A stretch of 64,000 nt of DNA, taken from positions 87,482 through 151,481 of the forward strand of contig CAYQIT010000002.1 of the NCBI GenBank assembly GCA_964417685.1, written 5' to 3'. Position 1 is the first letter of the stretch; each line of letters begins with the position of its first letter. Below are positions 41,892 to 51,777 of this stretch, piece by piece. The translations under genes were made by a program, and so were the position numbers. The notes beneath the pieces are model-generated. The model worked only from the letters and a program-made list of their open reading frames with translations, made no database searches and was not told where the DNA came from. The DNA is from an uncultured Gammaproteobacteria bacterium (GTDB taxonomy: Bacteria; Pseudomonadota; Gammaproteobacteria; Magnimaribacterales; D2472).

Positions 41892-43147
41892 TGGAAAAAT
41901 TACTAATTAGGGGAGGCAACAAGCTCTCAGGAAAAATAAATTGTAGCGGTGCAAAGAATGCGGCATTACCAATGATTGCCGCAACAATTCTATCTGATAA
42001 AGATATTACTTTAAAAAATTTACCTTACCTTCAAGATATAACAACTATGTTTGAGTTATTGGGTTCAATGGGAGCAAACATAACTTTAGATGAAAGCATG
42101 AACTTTATTATCTCATCTTCAGATATGCATGATACCGAAGCTAGGTATGAATTAGTAAAAACTATGCGAGCTTCCATTTTGGTATTAGGTCCTTTGGTTG
42201 CAAAATTTGGAAAAGCCAAAATCGCTTTACCAGGAGGTTGTGCTATTGGTTCAAGGCCAGTTAATTATCATCTAGACGCATTAGAGCAATTAGGGGCATC
42301 AATAAATTTAGAAAATGGATATATAGAAGCAACTGCCGGAAGATTAAAGGGTGCAAATATTAAATTTGAAGGAGTTACTGTTACTGGCACTGAAAATATA
42401 ATGATGGCAGCTACATTAGCTGAGGGCCAAACAAGACTTACTAATGTTGCAATGGAGCCTGAGATCGAAGATTTAGCAGATTTATTAAATGCTATGGGAG
42501 CAGATATAACCGGGGCTGGTTCAAATGAGATTGTTATCAATGGCGTTGAGCGCTTGAATGGAACATCATATGACATACCCGCTGATAGAATTGAAGCAGG
42601 CACATACCTTGTAGCAGCTGCTGTTACTCAGGGTGATGTTGAGATAACTGGGATCGCAGCAAATAGACTAACAAATGTTATAAATAGGTTGCGTGATACA
42701 GGTGCAAAAATTAAAACATCTGAAGATTCAATATTTCTTAAAATGGATGATAGGCCTATGCCAGTTGATATTACAACCGCGCCATTTCCAGGTTTTCCAA
42801 CTGATATGCAAGCACAATTTTCTGTATTAAATGCTATAGCAGAAGGTAGGTCTATTATAAATGAAACTGTATTTGAGAATAGGTTTATGCATGTCCAGGA
42901 GCTAAATAGGATGGGTTGCGACATCCTTGTATCCGGAAATACTGCTAATATTACAGGTGTCAATAAACTTTCAGGAGCACCTGTAATGGCAACAGACTTA
43001 AGAGCTTCAGCAAGCCTTATATTGGCTGGATTATGTGCTATGGGCGAAACTGTTGTTGATAGAATTTATCATATTGACAGAGGGTATGAGAGGATAGAAG
43101 AGAAATTGAATTATTTAGGCGCTAACATCACAAGATTACCAAATTAA
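41891..43147 (+). CDS. murA: UDP-N-acetylglucosamine 1-carboxyvinyltransferase
   Basis: 418 aa. N-terminus is [23 protein letters not shown], with active-site Cys context [12 protein letters not shown]. Confidence 0.96.
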   Translation: MEKLLIRGGNKLSGKINCSGAKNAALPMIAATILSDKDITLKNLPYLQDITTMFELLGSMGANITLDESMNFIISSSDMHDTEARYELVKTMRASILVLGPLVAKFGKAKIALPGGCAIGSRPVNYHLDALEQLGASINLENGYIEATAGRLKGANIKFEGVTVTGTENIMMAATLAEGQTRLTNVAMEPEIEDLADLLNAMGADITGAGSNEIVINGVERLNGTSYDIPADRIEAGTYLVAAAVTQGDVEITGIAANRLTNVINRLRDTGAKIKTSEDSIFLKMDDRPMPVDITTAPFPGFPTDMQAQFSVLNAIAEGRSIINETVFENRFMHVQELNRMGCDILVSGNTANITGVNKLSGAPVMATDLRASASLILAGLCAMGETVVDRIYHIDRGYERIEEKLNYLGANITRLPN

Positions 43148-43148
43148 T

Positions 43149-44108
43149 TTATCTAGCTTTTACTTCAATATCGACTGCGACTAATTTTTTTCCATCAAAA
43201 TATTTTATATTTATAAAGTCTCCTGGAGATGCCATTTTTATAGATTGGGTTAAGTTTTTCCAGGATGCTTGCAAGCCATTCACCTCAACAATGTGATGAT
43301 CAGATCGAAGACCCTTCTCATAAATACCCTTGTTTTCTTCTATCTCTAAAATCTTTAGAGACTTATATATGCTATTGTCTATCAATAATTGAGATGATGT
43401 TACACGAAAATTGCCAATCCACGCTTTTCTGACTTTGCCAAATTTTATTATTTCAGATGCAATTTGAACAATTTTTTCTGAGGGTATTGCAAAACCAAGC
43501 CCCTGATATGCTCCAGTCTTAGAATAAATTTTAGTATTAATTCCAATCAAGTTTCCTTCTGTATTTATCAGAGCTCCTCCTGAATTACCTGGATTTATGG
43601 CAGCATCGGTTTGTATGAGGTTGAGATAGGGATTTCCATATTCTCTGCCTGTTGCACTTATTATTCCACTTGTAACTGAAATTCCTATTCCGTAAGGATT
43701 TCCAATTGCAAGAACCTCATCACCTACACGAAGATTATCACTGCTTCCAATTGAGATTGGCTCCAAATCTAATTGAGTGTCAATTTTTAAAATAGCTATA
43801 TCAGAATTTTTATCAAAACCTATAACATTTGCATTAACTTCATAATCATTAATCTTAATAATTATATTCCTAGCCTTATTGATTACATGATAATTCGTTA
43901 CTATATAGCCATCTTTCGAGAATATTACACCAGAGCCCAAAGTATTTGGTGAGGATCTTAATTGTGAGTTATTGTAACCCCACAAACTCACCACTGATGG
44001 CGTAGCTTTTTTTGATGCATTTACAAATTTACCGTTTCCATTGATTGTAAATACAAACAAACCTATTATTAAGATCGCTAAAAGAAATAAAGATAGATAA
44101 TTTTTCAT
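43149..44108 (-). CDS. Membrane-anchored DegS/AlgW-like periplasmic serine endoprotease (trypsin fold + one PDZ)
   Basis: 319 aa with an N-terminal TM. The catalytic triad contexts are TNYHV, SDIAILK and GNSGGALIN. There is a single C-terminal PDZ-like region. Confidence 0.85.
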   Translation of the reverse strand: MKNYLSLFLLAILIIGLFVFTINGNGKFVNASKKATPSVVSLWGYNNSQLRSSPNTLGSGVIFSKDGYIVTNYHVINKARNIIIKINDYEVNANVIGFDKNSDIAILKIDTQLDLEPISIGSSDNLRVGDEVLAIGNPYGIGISVTSGIISATGREYGNPYLNLIQTDAAINPGNSGGALINTEGNLIGINTKIYSKTGAYQGLGFAIPSEKIVQIASEIIKFGKVRKAWIGNFRVTSSQLLIDNSIYKSLKILEIEENKGIYEKGLRSDHHIVEVNGLQASWKNLTQSIKMASPGDFINIKYFDGKKLVAVDIEVKAR

Positions 44109-44116
44109 AATTTATA

Positions 44117-45175
44117 ATGCTAGTTGACAAAAATATCATTGATGACCTTAAAAACCAAGGCATTGAACCAGATATTCCACAGCTTGATTTTATTCATAGA
44201 GCTATAAAAATTCAGCCAAGCAAAAAAAATTTGCTTTCACGTCTAGTTTTGCCAAAAAGGGCTTCTTCAACAAGCGGCATATATTTGTGGGGTAAAGTTG
44301 GAAGAGGAAAGACAGTTATCTTAAGAAGTCTATATAAGCAATTAAATTTAAGGAAAGCTGAGTTTCATTATCTTGATCTCATGCGATTAATTCATTCAAA
44401 ACTAAAAGATTATAGGGGCTCAAAGAATCCACTAGATAAGGTTAATAATTATTTTTACTCAAAATATGATGTTTTATTAATTGATGAGTTTCAGGTTGAA
44501 GATGTTGCCGATGCCATGATCCTTTCAAATATCATCAAAGCATTTATAGATAAAGGTGTTTATTTATTTTTATCATCAAATGCTCATCCTAATGATTTGT
44601 ATAAGAATGGACTTCAAAGAGAAAAATTCATAGAAGTTATGCAATTCATGCAAGAAAGGGTTGAAGTTTTTGAGCTTAAGGGTGAGCATGATTATAGGTT
44701 AAAAAATATCTATGAAATAACTAAAGAGGGCCATGGCTCTGACTCTGATAAACAAATAAGATCAATAATAAAACTTAATTTTAATATAGAAGAAAATCTT
44801 AATACTTTTTTTGAAGTAAATGAGAGAAGTTTTAAATGTATTGCAGAAAATCATGATTTTTTATGGGTCTCATTTAAAAACTATTTTAGTCAACCAACTG
44901 GAGCGAATGATTTTGAAGAAATATGCAATAAATACAAGTGGATATTTATAAATGACTTTTCAATTCTTGATGACTCTAATTCTGATCTGATTAGACGTTT
45001 TATAGCGTTTATAGATATTGCTTATATTAATAAAGTCAATATCAGTTTTTTTTATGAGGGGATTAGGCCTGAAGATATATATAAAGGTGAGACGATGTCG
45101 CTGCTATGGGAGAGGTGTGAAAGCAGATTAATAGAAATGGGAACTGATGAGTATTTATCAAATAAAAAAAATTAA
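44117..45175 (+). CDS. zapE: Cell-division-associated AFG1-family ATPase ZapE
   Basis: 352 aa with Walker A GKVGRGKT, Walker B LLIDEF and an AFG1-like layout. Position is upstream of rplM-rpsI, as in E. coli. Confidence 0.8.
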   Translation: MLVDKNIIDDLKNQGIEPDIPQLDFIHRAIKIQPSKKNLLSRLVLPKRASSTSGIYLWGKVGRGKTVILRSLYKQLNLRKAEFHYLDLMRLIHSKLKDYRGSKNPLDKVNNYFYSKYDVLLIDEFQVEDVADAMILSNIIKAFIDKGVYLFLSSNAHPNDLYKNGLQREKFIEVMQFMQERVEVFELKGEHDYRLKNIYEITKEGHGSDSDKQIRSIIKLNFNIEENLNTFFEVNERSFKCIAENHDFLWVSFKNYFSQPTGANDFEEICNKYKWIFINDFSILDDSNSDLIRRFIAFIDIAYINKVNISFFYEGIRPEDIYKGETMSLLWERCESRLIEMGTDEYLSNKKN

Positions 45176-45245
45176 TTTAAATGCATTAAATTATTGCTAA
45201 TTTTGCCCTTAAACATTAATATTCGCATCTTATTATTATTTGTAT

Positions 45246-45680
45246 ATGAAAACATTCGCACTAAAAAAAGAAGAAGTCCAAAGACAATGGTATGTCATAG
45301 ATGCATCAGACAAAGTTTTGGGCAGATTAGCAACCAAAGTAGCTGATAGAATTAGAGGAAAAGATAAACCTACTTTTACTCCTCACACTGATGGTGGTGA
45401 CTATGTTATCGTCATTAACGCAGAAAATATAAAAGTAACTGGTAATAAATTTAACGATAAAAAATATTACAAACATTCTTTATATCCAGGCGGATTAAAA
45501 ACCAAAACTTTTAGAGAAGTTATGGAAAAAAATCCTGAAAGAATTATTGAGGATGCAGTCAAAGGAATGCTCCCAAAAAACAAACTAGGTAAATCTATGA
45601 TCAAAAAATTAAAAGTTTTCTCAGGATCAGAGCATAGCCATGAATCACAACAACCTATAGAGTGGAATCCAACAATATGA
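45246..45680 (+). CDS. rplM: 50S ribosomal protein L13
   Basis: Start set at the ATG at 45246 ([20 protein letters not shown]...), giving 144 aa. The tracked TTG at 45240 adds 2 residues not seen in homologs. Confidence 0.95.
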   Translation: MKTFALKKEEVQRQWYVIDASDKVLGRLATKVADRIRGKDKPTFTPHTDGGDYVIVINAENIKVTGNKFNDKKYYKHSLYPGGLKTKTFREVMEKNPERIIEDAVKGMLPKNKLGKSMIKKLKVFSGSEHSHESQQPIEWNPTI

Positions 45681-46069
45681 CATCTGAAGTTCATTACGCA
45701 ACAGGAAGAAGAAAAACATCATCAGCAAGAGTTTATTTAACCAAAGGCAATGGTGAAATAAGTGTTAACGATAGAGCGCTTGATGTATATTTTGGAAGAA
45801 AGGTCGCACAGATGTTAGTTTTACAACCACTTGAACTTACTAATTTATCTGAAAAGGTTAATTTAAACATTAAAGTTCAGGGTGGTGGAAACTTTGGGCA
45901 AGCTGGTGCTATTAGGCATGGTATTTCAAGAGCTTTAATATCATTTGATGAAGAGCTAAGAGGGCAGCTTAAAAAAGCTGGCCTTCTTACTAGAGACTCA
46001 AGAAGAGTCGAAAGGAAGAAGCCTGGTCTTGTAAAGGCAAGAAAGAGCAAACAGTTTTCAAAACGATAA
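45677..46069 (+). CDS. rpsI: 30S ribosomal protein S9
   Basis: Start set at the ATG at 45677 ([19 protein letters not shown]...), an ATGA overlap with the rplM stop, giving 130 aa. The C-terminus is [11 protein letters not shown]. Confidence 0.95.
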   Translation: MTSEVHYATGRRKTSSARVYLTKGNGEISVNDRALDVYFGRKVAQMLVLQPLELTNLSEKVNLNIKVQGGGNFGQAGAIRHGISRALISFDEELRGQLKKAGLLTRDSRRVERKKPGLVKARKSKQFSKR

Positions 46070-46151
46070 TTTTTTATTAAGTTTACCAAGATTATTAATG
46101 TTATAATCTCGGCGTTTTTAATATTTAAATCACATAGCTACCCACAAGCTT

Positions 46152-46736
46152 ATGCAAGAAAAAGACAAGACAAGAAGAAAAGTTTTAATAGGGCTTACTA
46201 GTGCTGTAGGTCTATCAGGAATCCCATTTGCTGCAACACCATTTATTGCTGCATGGAATCCAAGTGCAAAAGCAAAAGCATCAGGTGCCTCAGTAAAAAT
46301 AGACGTATCTAAAATGAGGTATGGCCAGCAAATACAAGTTGCATGGAGAAAACAACCTGTGTTTGTTTTAAGGCACACTAAAGAAAGTTTAGGCAACCTT
46401 GGGCTATCAGTTCCAAAATTGGCTGATCCAAATTCTGATGCAATTGAAGAACCTTACAAAAATTTATCACCAACTAGAAGCCAAAGCAATGAATACTCTG
46501 TTCTCACAGGCGTTTGTACGCACCTTGGCTGCTCACCGAAATACTACCCTGAAGTAGAGCCAAAGGCTTGGGATGCGTCATGGTCTGGAGGTTTCTTTTG
46601 CCCCTGCCATGGATCAATGTTTGATATGGTTGGAAGAGTCTATAAAGGCGTCCCAGCCCCAACTAATTTAATCGTACCTCCTCATTTCTTTGATGGAGAT
46701 ATTTTGACAATAGGTGAAGACAAAGGAGTTGCATAA
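46152..46736 (+). CDS. petA: Ubiquinol-cytochrome c reductase Rieske iron-sulfur subunit
   Basis: 194 aa with a Tat-type signal anchor (TRRKVL) and Rieske boxes CTHLGC and CPCHGS. A TGnTATAAT extended -10 lies about 45 nt upstream. Confidence 0.93.
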   Translation: MQEKDKTRRKVLIGLTSAVGLSGIPFAATPFIAAWNPSAKAKASGASVKIDVSKMRYGQQIQVAWRKQPVFVLRHTKESLGNLGLSVPKLADPNSDAIEEPYKNLSPTRSQSNEYSVLTGVCTHLGCSPKYYPEVEPKAWDASWSGGFFCPCHGSMFDMVGRVYKGVPAPTNLIVPPHFFDGDILTIGEDKGVA

Positions 46737-47954
46737 ATGAATCAAATCTTTTCAAATATTTTTAACTGGGTAAATCATAGATTACCAATCGTTAATACTT
46801 TTGAAAGACATTTATCAAAACATCCTGTTCCTAAAAAAGTTAATTTCTGGTACCTGTTTGGTGCTCTTGCCTCAGTTGCATTAATTATTCAAATTGTTTC
46901 AGGTATATGGTTGATTATGCCTTACGAGAATACAGAAGAAGGCGCATTTGCTTCGATTGAATACATAATGCGAGATGTTGATTATGGTTGGGTCATAAGA
47001 TACATGCATACCACAGGCGCCTCTTTATTTTTTGCTGTAGTTTATCTGCACATGTTTAGAGGTTTACTATATGGCTCCTATCAAAAACCAAGAGAGTTGG
47101 TGTGGATATTTGGTTGTACTATTTACTTAGCTATGATGGCTGAAGGCTTTTTGGGATATGTTTTACCTTATGGTCAAATGTCTTATTGGGGAGCCCAAGT
47201 TATCATTTCCCTATTTGGTGCTATACCTTACGTTGGAGAATCATTAGAACTATGGGTCAGAGGTGATTACTATATATCTGGTATAACGGTCTCAAGATTT
47301 TTTGCTCTTCATGTTGTTGCACTACCTTTGGTTCTAATAGCTCTTGTTTTTCTTCATCTAGTTGCGCTACATGAGGTCGGTGCTGGTAATCCAGAAGGAG
47401 TTGATATCGAAGAGCATTTAGATGACGATGGAATACCTTTAGATAGCGTCCCATTTTTCCCTTATAAAGTTTTAAATGCGCTTGTTGGCATTGGGGTCTT
47501 TATGACAGTATTTGCAATAATTATGTTCTTTTTCCCAGAGGGCGGAGGCTACTTTATTGAAATGGCCAATTTTGAAGAAGCTAATCCTCTTGTAACCCCT
47601 GAACATATTGCGCCTGTTTGGTATTATGCTCCATACTACACAATGCTTAGAGCTGTTCCAGATCCTTTAGGTGGGCTCTTAGTAATGGGCTCTGCTGTTG
47701 CAATATTTTTTGTTGTTCCATGGTTAGATAGAAGCAAAGTTGCCTCAATAAGATATAAAGGTATTTATAGCAAGATTGCATTAGCGATGTTTGCAATTAG
47801 CTTTATAACACTTGGTTATCTTGGAACTGTCGGCGTTACTGAGGTAAGAAAGATAGTAAGTTTAATCTGTACCGTTTTATATTTTGCATATTTTCTTTTG
47901 ATGCCAATTTACACAAAATTTGAAACTACAAAAGAGGTACCTAACCGTCTATGA
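46737..47954 (+). CDS. petB: Cytochrome b of the bc1 complex
   Basis: 405 aa, polytopic, with conserved heme-ligand His contexts (RYMHTTGASLFF, FFALHVVALP). Starts at the base after the petA stop. Confidence 0.95.
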   Translation: MNQIFSNIFNWVNHRLPIVNTFERHLSKHPVPKKVNFWYLFGALASVALIIQIVSGIWLIMPYENTEEGAFASIEYIMRDVDYGWVIRYMHTTGASLFFAVVYLHMFRGLLYGSYQKPRELVWIFGCTIYLAMMAEGFLGYVLPYGQMSYWGAQVIISLFGAIPYVGESLELWVRGDYYISGITVSRFFALHVVALPLVLIALVFLHLVALHEVGAGNPEGVDIEEHLDDDGIPLDSVPFFPYKVLNALVGIGVFMTVFAIIMFFFPEGGGYFIEMANFEEANPLVTPEHIAPVWYYAPYYTMLRAVPDPLGGLLVMGSAVAIFFVVPWLDRSKVASIRYKGIYSKIALAMFAISFITLGYLGTVGVTEVRKIVSLICTVLYFAYFLLMPIYTKFETTKEVPNRL

Positions 47955-48760
47955 ATATGAAACTCAAGTGTTTTTCATGCATTGTATTTTTAACAATATT
48001 TACTATGAATATAGATGCTGCTGAAGGCGGTCCTTGCAAGGATTATGGAGACTGTGACGAGTTTAATTATTCATTAAATGATATTGAATCTCTTCAGAGA
48101 GGTGCATCCACCTACTTAAATTATTGCTATGGCTGTCATTCACTTCAGTACTCAAGATGGGGAAGGGTAGCAACTGATCTAAAAATTCCTGAAGAACTTT
48201 TCTTTGATAACTTAGTTTTTGATAATACCATTAAAGCTGGAGACCTTATGAAAGGAGCCATGTCAAAAGATGATTCTGCAGACTGGTTCGGAGTAGCACC
48301 ACCAGATCTTACACTTGTCACAAGATCTAAAGGCGATAATTGGGTATATACATACCTTAGAGCATATTATGAAGATTCATCTAAGCAATATGGAGTAAAC
48401 AATTTAGTTTATCCTGGGACAGCGATGCCAAATGTCTTGGTTGACCTTCAGGGTAGTCAAAAGTTAGTTTGTAAGGATGTTCCCGTTATTGGAAAAAATG
48501 GCGGTGAGAAAAGAGATGAAGCTGGAAATACAATCACAAAAGAAAATTGCGGTTATTTAAAAGTAGCTGAAGGTGAAGGGTCTTTATCAAAGGATGAGTT
48601 TGATATTCTTATCTATGATTTAACCAATTTTTTAGTTTATGTTGGTGAGCCAGCGAAAGCTGAACGAGAAAGAATTGGATGGTATGTTATATTTTTCTTT
48701 GTGATTTTTACAGCACTATCATCTCTTTTATATAGAGAGTATCAAAAGGACTATCACTAG
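47951..48760 (+). CDS. petC: Cytochrome c1
   Basis: 269 aa with a signal peptide, heme c site CYGCH and a C-terminal TM anchor. ATGA overlap with petB. Confidence 0.88.
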   Translation: MNMKLKCFSCIVFLTIFTMNIDAAEGGPCKDYGDCDEFNYSLNDIESLQRGASTYLNYCYGCHSLQYSRWGRVATDLKIPEELFFDNLVFDNTIKAGDLMKGAMSKDDSADWFGVAPPDLTLVTRSKGDNWVYTYLRAYYEDSSKQYGVNNLVYPGTAMPNVLVDLQGSQKLVCKDVPVIGKNGGEKRDEAGNTITKENCGYLKVAEGEGSLSKDEFDILIYDLTNFLVYVGEPAKAERERIGWYVIFFFVIFTALSSLLYREYQKDYH

Positions 48761-48780
48761 AAGTTAATTAGGGGAAAATT

Positions 48781-49395
48781 ATGATTTTATATTCAGACAG
48801 AGATGATCACTATAGTCAAAGAGTAAGAATAGTTCTTGCTGAAAAAGATATTACAGCAGAAATTAGAGAATCTTCTTTAGAAGACACTCCTGATGAAATT
48901 TTGTCAATAAACCCTTATCACAAACTACCAATTCTTGTAGATAGAGATCTAGCCTTACATGACCCATCCGTTATGATGGAATATCTTGACGAAAGGTTTC
49001 CACACCCTCCATTACTCCCGGTCTACCCAGTTACAAGAGCTAATAGCAGAACTCTAATGTTAAGAATTGATAAAGAATGGTGTCCTATCCTTGATACTTT
49101 AATAGAGGCCAAGCTTTCCGAAAAGGAATCAATGAAGTTAAGAGAGGAACTTCTTCACGAAATCTCTTCCATTGCCCCGACTTTTAAAGAATTTAAATTT
49201 TTCATGAGCGATGAATTTACTCTAGTAGATTGCTGTCTCGCACCAATTCTTTGGAGACTTCCATCCATAGGTATTAAGCTTCCAGTCAATAGACATCTAA
49301 AACCTTTGCTTGATTATCAGAAAAAAGTATTTGAAAGACCTGGATTCTTAGATAGTCTTTCGTCACTTGAGAGGGATTTAAAAGAAGAAGAGTAA
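48781..49395 (+). CDS. sspA: Stringent starvation protein A (GST-like)
   Basis: 204 aa. It aligns closely with E. coli SspA (YSQRVRIVLAEK, MMEYLDERFPHPPLLPVYPV). Confidence 0.92.
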   Translation: MILYSDRDDHYSQRVRIVLAEKDITAEIRESSLEDTPDEILSINPYHKLPILVDRDLALHDPSVMMEYLDERFPHPPLLPVYPVTRANSRTLMLRIDKEWCPILDTLIEAKLSEKESMKLREELLHEISSIAPTFKEFKFFMSDEFTLVDCCLAPILWRLPSIGIKLPVNRHLKPLLDYQKKVFERPGFLDSLSSLERDLKEEE

Positions 49396-49397
49396 GG

Positions 49398-50522
49398 CTA
49401 GTTACTTGCAACTTTACCTAAGATAAATTCTCTTTCATTGCATTCGTATTGATCATAATTAATAATTGATAGGTCTGAACTGACTTCAGCCCTTGAGATT
49501 CCAGATGCATATAATCTTTCCTGCATAAGAAGTTCGCCTAAGATATATTTATCAAAAATCTCTTCTACATTAATATTTTTGAAATCTTTTAACATTAGAT
49601 TATTAATTGTCACATTTGAAAGCGGTAAATATACACCTTCGTAGTCAATAATTTTCTTTGGATCACCAATCTTATAAAGCATATCTGTGCTTGCGAAAAT
49701 AGGAAAATCTAAAACATAATTTTTTAATATTGGTATCAATGTTTTAGCATCCTCATATTCAAGAATTACGTATATTTTTTTGATGTCTTGTTTTTTTCTT
49801 GGAGTAAATTTTATTTCTGAATTCAAATCTAATCTTTGCAACTTAGATTTTCTATTTTTGCTTTCATAAATTCCAAGTGATTTTGAAATTAGGTCATCAT
49901 ACATTTTGTTATTTACTCTAGAGTATGAAGCTTCAGGATAGAATTTTTTTAAACCATTTACATAATTTTCATATTCATCTCCAAAGATAACAAGGACTTC
50001 ATCCTCAGAGCCGGTTTGGCTTTGAAAAATAATCTTTTCTAAATATTGGCGTTGATCATTTGAATATGAGTTACAGAAATTACCTACAGGTTTATTTAGC
50101 AGATCTTGATCGACATAAACACCATTTTCATTAAAGATAAGATCTGATCTTTGCGTGCGTTCTAATGATAATTTAATTAATAAGTCTTTATTCTTATCAT
50201 TAGTATTAAAAAAATACCTGATAGAGTCTTTGCTATAAATTTTTTTAGAATTATTTATAGAGGCTAGAACTTTTTTCTTTAAATTTCCATCCAAAGTGTG
50301 TAGATAATTAATTAATAATGATTTTTCCTCATTTGTGAGAGATTTATACGACAAAGATTTTTGTATTACTTTTGATAGGTCAGTTCGAATGCTATCATCA
50401 AGCTCCACATCAATATCAATTGGATCGAGCTTATCGCCATTTATATATAAGGATGAAGCATTGTTATTAACGCAACTTGAAAGAAAAAGTATAATCCAAA
50501 GAAATGTTAAGCTACGTTTCAT
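49398..50522 (-). CDS. lpoA: LpoA-like outer-membrane lipoprotein (penicillin-binding protein activator), shortened
   Basis: 374 aa with lipobox LSSC. The C-terminal block PRKKQDIKKIYVILEYEDAKTLIPILKNYVLDFPIFASTDMLY matches the LpoA pattern RRQDID.I......EA..I.P.L.......P.YA.S as I recall it. It is divergent from rsmI, as lpoA is in E. coli. Confidence 0.55.
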   Translation of the reverse strand: MKRSLTFLWIILFLSSCVNNNASSLYINGDKLDPIDIDVELDDSIRTDLSKVIQKSLSYKSLTNEEKSLLINYLHTLDGNLKKKVLASINNSKKIYSKDSIRYFFNTNDKNKDLLIKLSLERTQRSDLIFNENGVYVDQDLLNKPVGNFCNSYSNDQRQYLEKIIFQSQTGSEDEVLVIFGDEYENYVNGLKKFYPEASYSRVNNKMYDDLISKSLGIYESKNRKSKLQRLDLNSEIKFTPRKKQDIKKIYVILEYEDAKTLIPILKNYVLDFPIFASTDMLYKIGDPKKIIDYEGVYLPLSNVTINNLMLKDFKNINVEEIFDKYILGELLMQERLYASGISRAEVSSDLSIINYDQYECNEREFILGKVASN

Positions 50523-50534
50523 AATTTATTAATA

Positions 50535-51347
50535 ATGTTATATTTTATCGCAACGCCAATTGGTAACCTAAATGATATATCACTTAGATCAATTGATCTT
50601 CTAAAAAATACAAATTATATATTTGCTGAAGATACTAGAAATACCAAGAAGCTTTTAGATTTTTTGGATATTAAAAAGAAAGTTCAATCTTTTCATGAGC
50701 ACAATGAAAAAGATATTACGCCTAAGATTCTTTCAATATTAAAAGATAAAAGCGATGTAGTTATAGTTTCAGATGCAGGAACTCCTGCAATCTCTGATCC
50801 CGGCTATTATTTGCTAACTCAATGTATAAAAAACGAAATTAGCTACACGGCATTACCAGGACCATCAAGCGTAACTAATGCTTTGCTATTGTCAGGCATG
50901 CCTCCATCTAGCTTCCTGTTTTTAGGATTTATTCCAAAAAAAGGTAAGCCTAAGCACAATTTTCTAGAATCAATCGGTAAAACCCAACATACAACAATAT
51001 TATTTGAAACTGCTAAAAGGATAGAAAATACAATATCTATTCTGAATAATTTATATCCTCAGGGTATTGATATGGCTATTTGTAGAGAAATGACAAAAAT
51101 ACATGAAGAAGTCATTAGAGGCAGCTCAACAGAGCTTGCGGAACTTATAAAATTAAATAAATTAACTCTCAAAGGTGAGATGGTTTTGGTATTAAGATTT
51201 TCAGATCCTAGCAGGGGTTTTGAAATAGACGAATCAATAATGAAAGCTTTTTTAGATAAGCTGCCCCCTAAAGATGCTGCAAAGTTATTATCGTTAGTCT
51301 CAAGAGAATCTAAAAGAGAAATTTATAAACAATTATTAGATTTATAA
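50535..51347 (+). CDS. rsmI: 16S rRNA C1402 2'-O-methyltransferase RsmI
   Basis: 270 aa, tetrapyrrole-methylase fold. N-terminus is LYFIATPIGNLNDISLRSIDLL...AEDTRNTKKLL. Confidence 0.9.
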   Translation: MLYFIATPIGNLNDISLRSIDLLKNTNYIFAEDTRNTKKLLDFLDIKKKVQSFHEHNEKDITPKILSILKDKSDVVIVSDAGTPAISDPGYYLLTQCIKNEISYTALPGPSSVTNALLLSGMPPSSFLFLGFIPKKGKPKHNFLESIGKTQHTTILFETAKRIENTISILNNLYPQGIDMAICREMTKIHEEVIRGSSTELAELIKLNKLTLKGEMVLVLRFSDPSRGFEIDESIMKAFLDKLPPKDAAKLLSLVSRESKREIYKQLLDL

Positions 51348-51369
51348 ATAATTTTATTGATATTATAAT
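51341..51369 (+). promoter_or_regulatory. Candidate promoter of rnpB
   Basis: TTTATA, a 17-nt spacer, TATAAT, then 6 nt to the G at 51376 that begins the P1 stem. It overlaps the rsmI stop. Confidence 0.35.
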
Positions 51370-51375
51370 TATCTT

Positions 51376-51704
51376 GAGTTGGTCGAACGATCGCTGTATT
51401 TGCAGAGGAAAGTCCGGACTTCACAGAGCAAGGTGCCAGGTAACTCCTGGGAAGCGCAAGCTTACGGAAAGTGCAACAGAAAATATACCGCCAATTTTTA
51501 TTGGTAAGGGTGAAATGGTGGGGTAAGAGCTCACCGCTTAAATGGAGACATTTGAGGCTTTGTAAACCCCAACCTGAAGCAAAACCAAATAGAAATCCTA
51601 TCAGGTTGCTCGCCTGGGATTTGGGTAGGTTGCTAGAGCGTTATGGCAACATAACGTCAAGATAGATGATCGTTGATTACAGAATCCGGCTTATAGACCA
51701 ACTC
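51376..51704 (+). ncRNA. rnpB: RNase P RNA, bacterial type A
   Basis: The P1 pairing is GAGTTGGTC...GACCAACTC. The universal blocks are present: GAGGAAAGTCCGGAC, ACAGAAAATATACCGCC, GGTAAGGGTGAAATGGTGGGGTAAGAGCTCACC and ACAGAATCCGGCTTA. About 329 nt. It lies between rsmI and mraZ, as in Pseudomonas. Confidence 0.94.
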
Positions 51705-51714
51705 TTTCTTTTAT

Positions 51715-51756
51715 AAGTGTGTAAAAGTGTGAAAAAAAATGTTTAAAGTGTGTAAA
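51715..51756 (+). promoter_or_regulatory. Three phased AAGTGTG direct repeats, candidate MraZ operator in the Pmra region
   Basis: AAGTGTG starts at 51715, 51725 and 51746, a spacing of 10 and 21 bp. The 11-mer AAGTGTGTAAA is exactly repeated at 51715 and 51746. The repeats lie 26-63 nt upstream of the mraZ ATG. Confidence 0.5.
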
Positions 51757-51777
51757 TTATGCTATATACTTTTTAAC

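Noticed and set aside
51471-51665. A 64-aa ORF (MQQKIYRQFLLVRVKWWGKSS...).
   Set aside because: It lies entirely inside RNase P RNA and has a basic, aromatic, junk-like composition. It is an artefact of translating a structured RNA.
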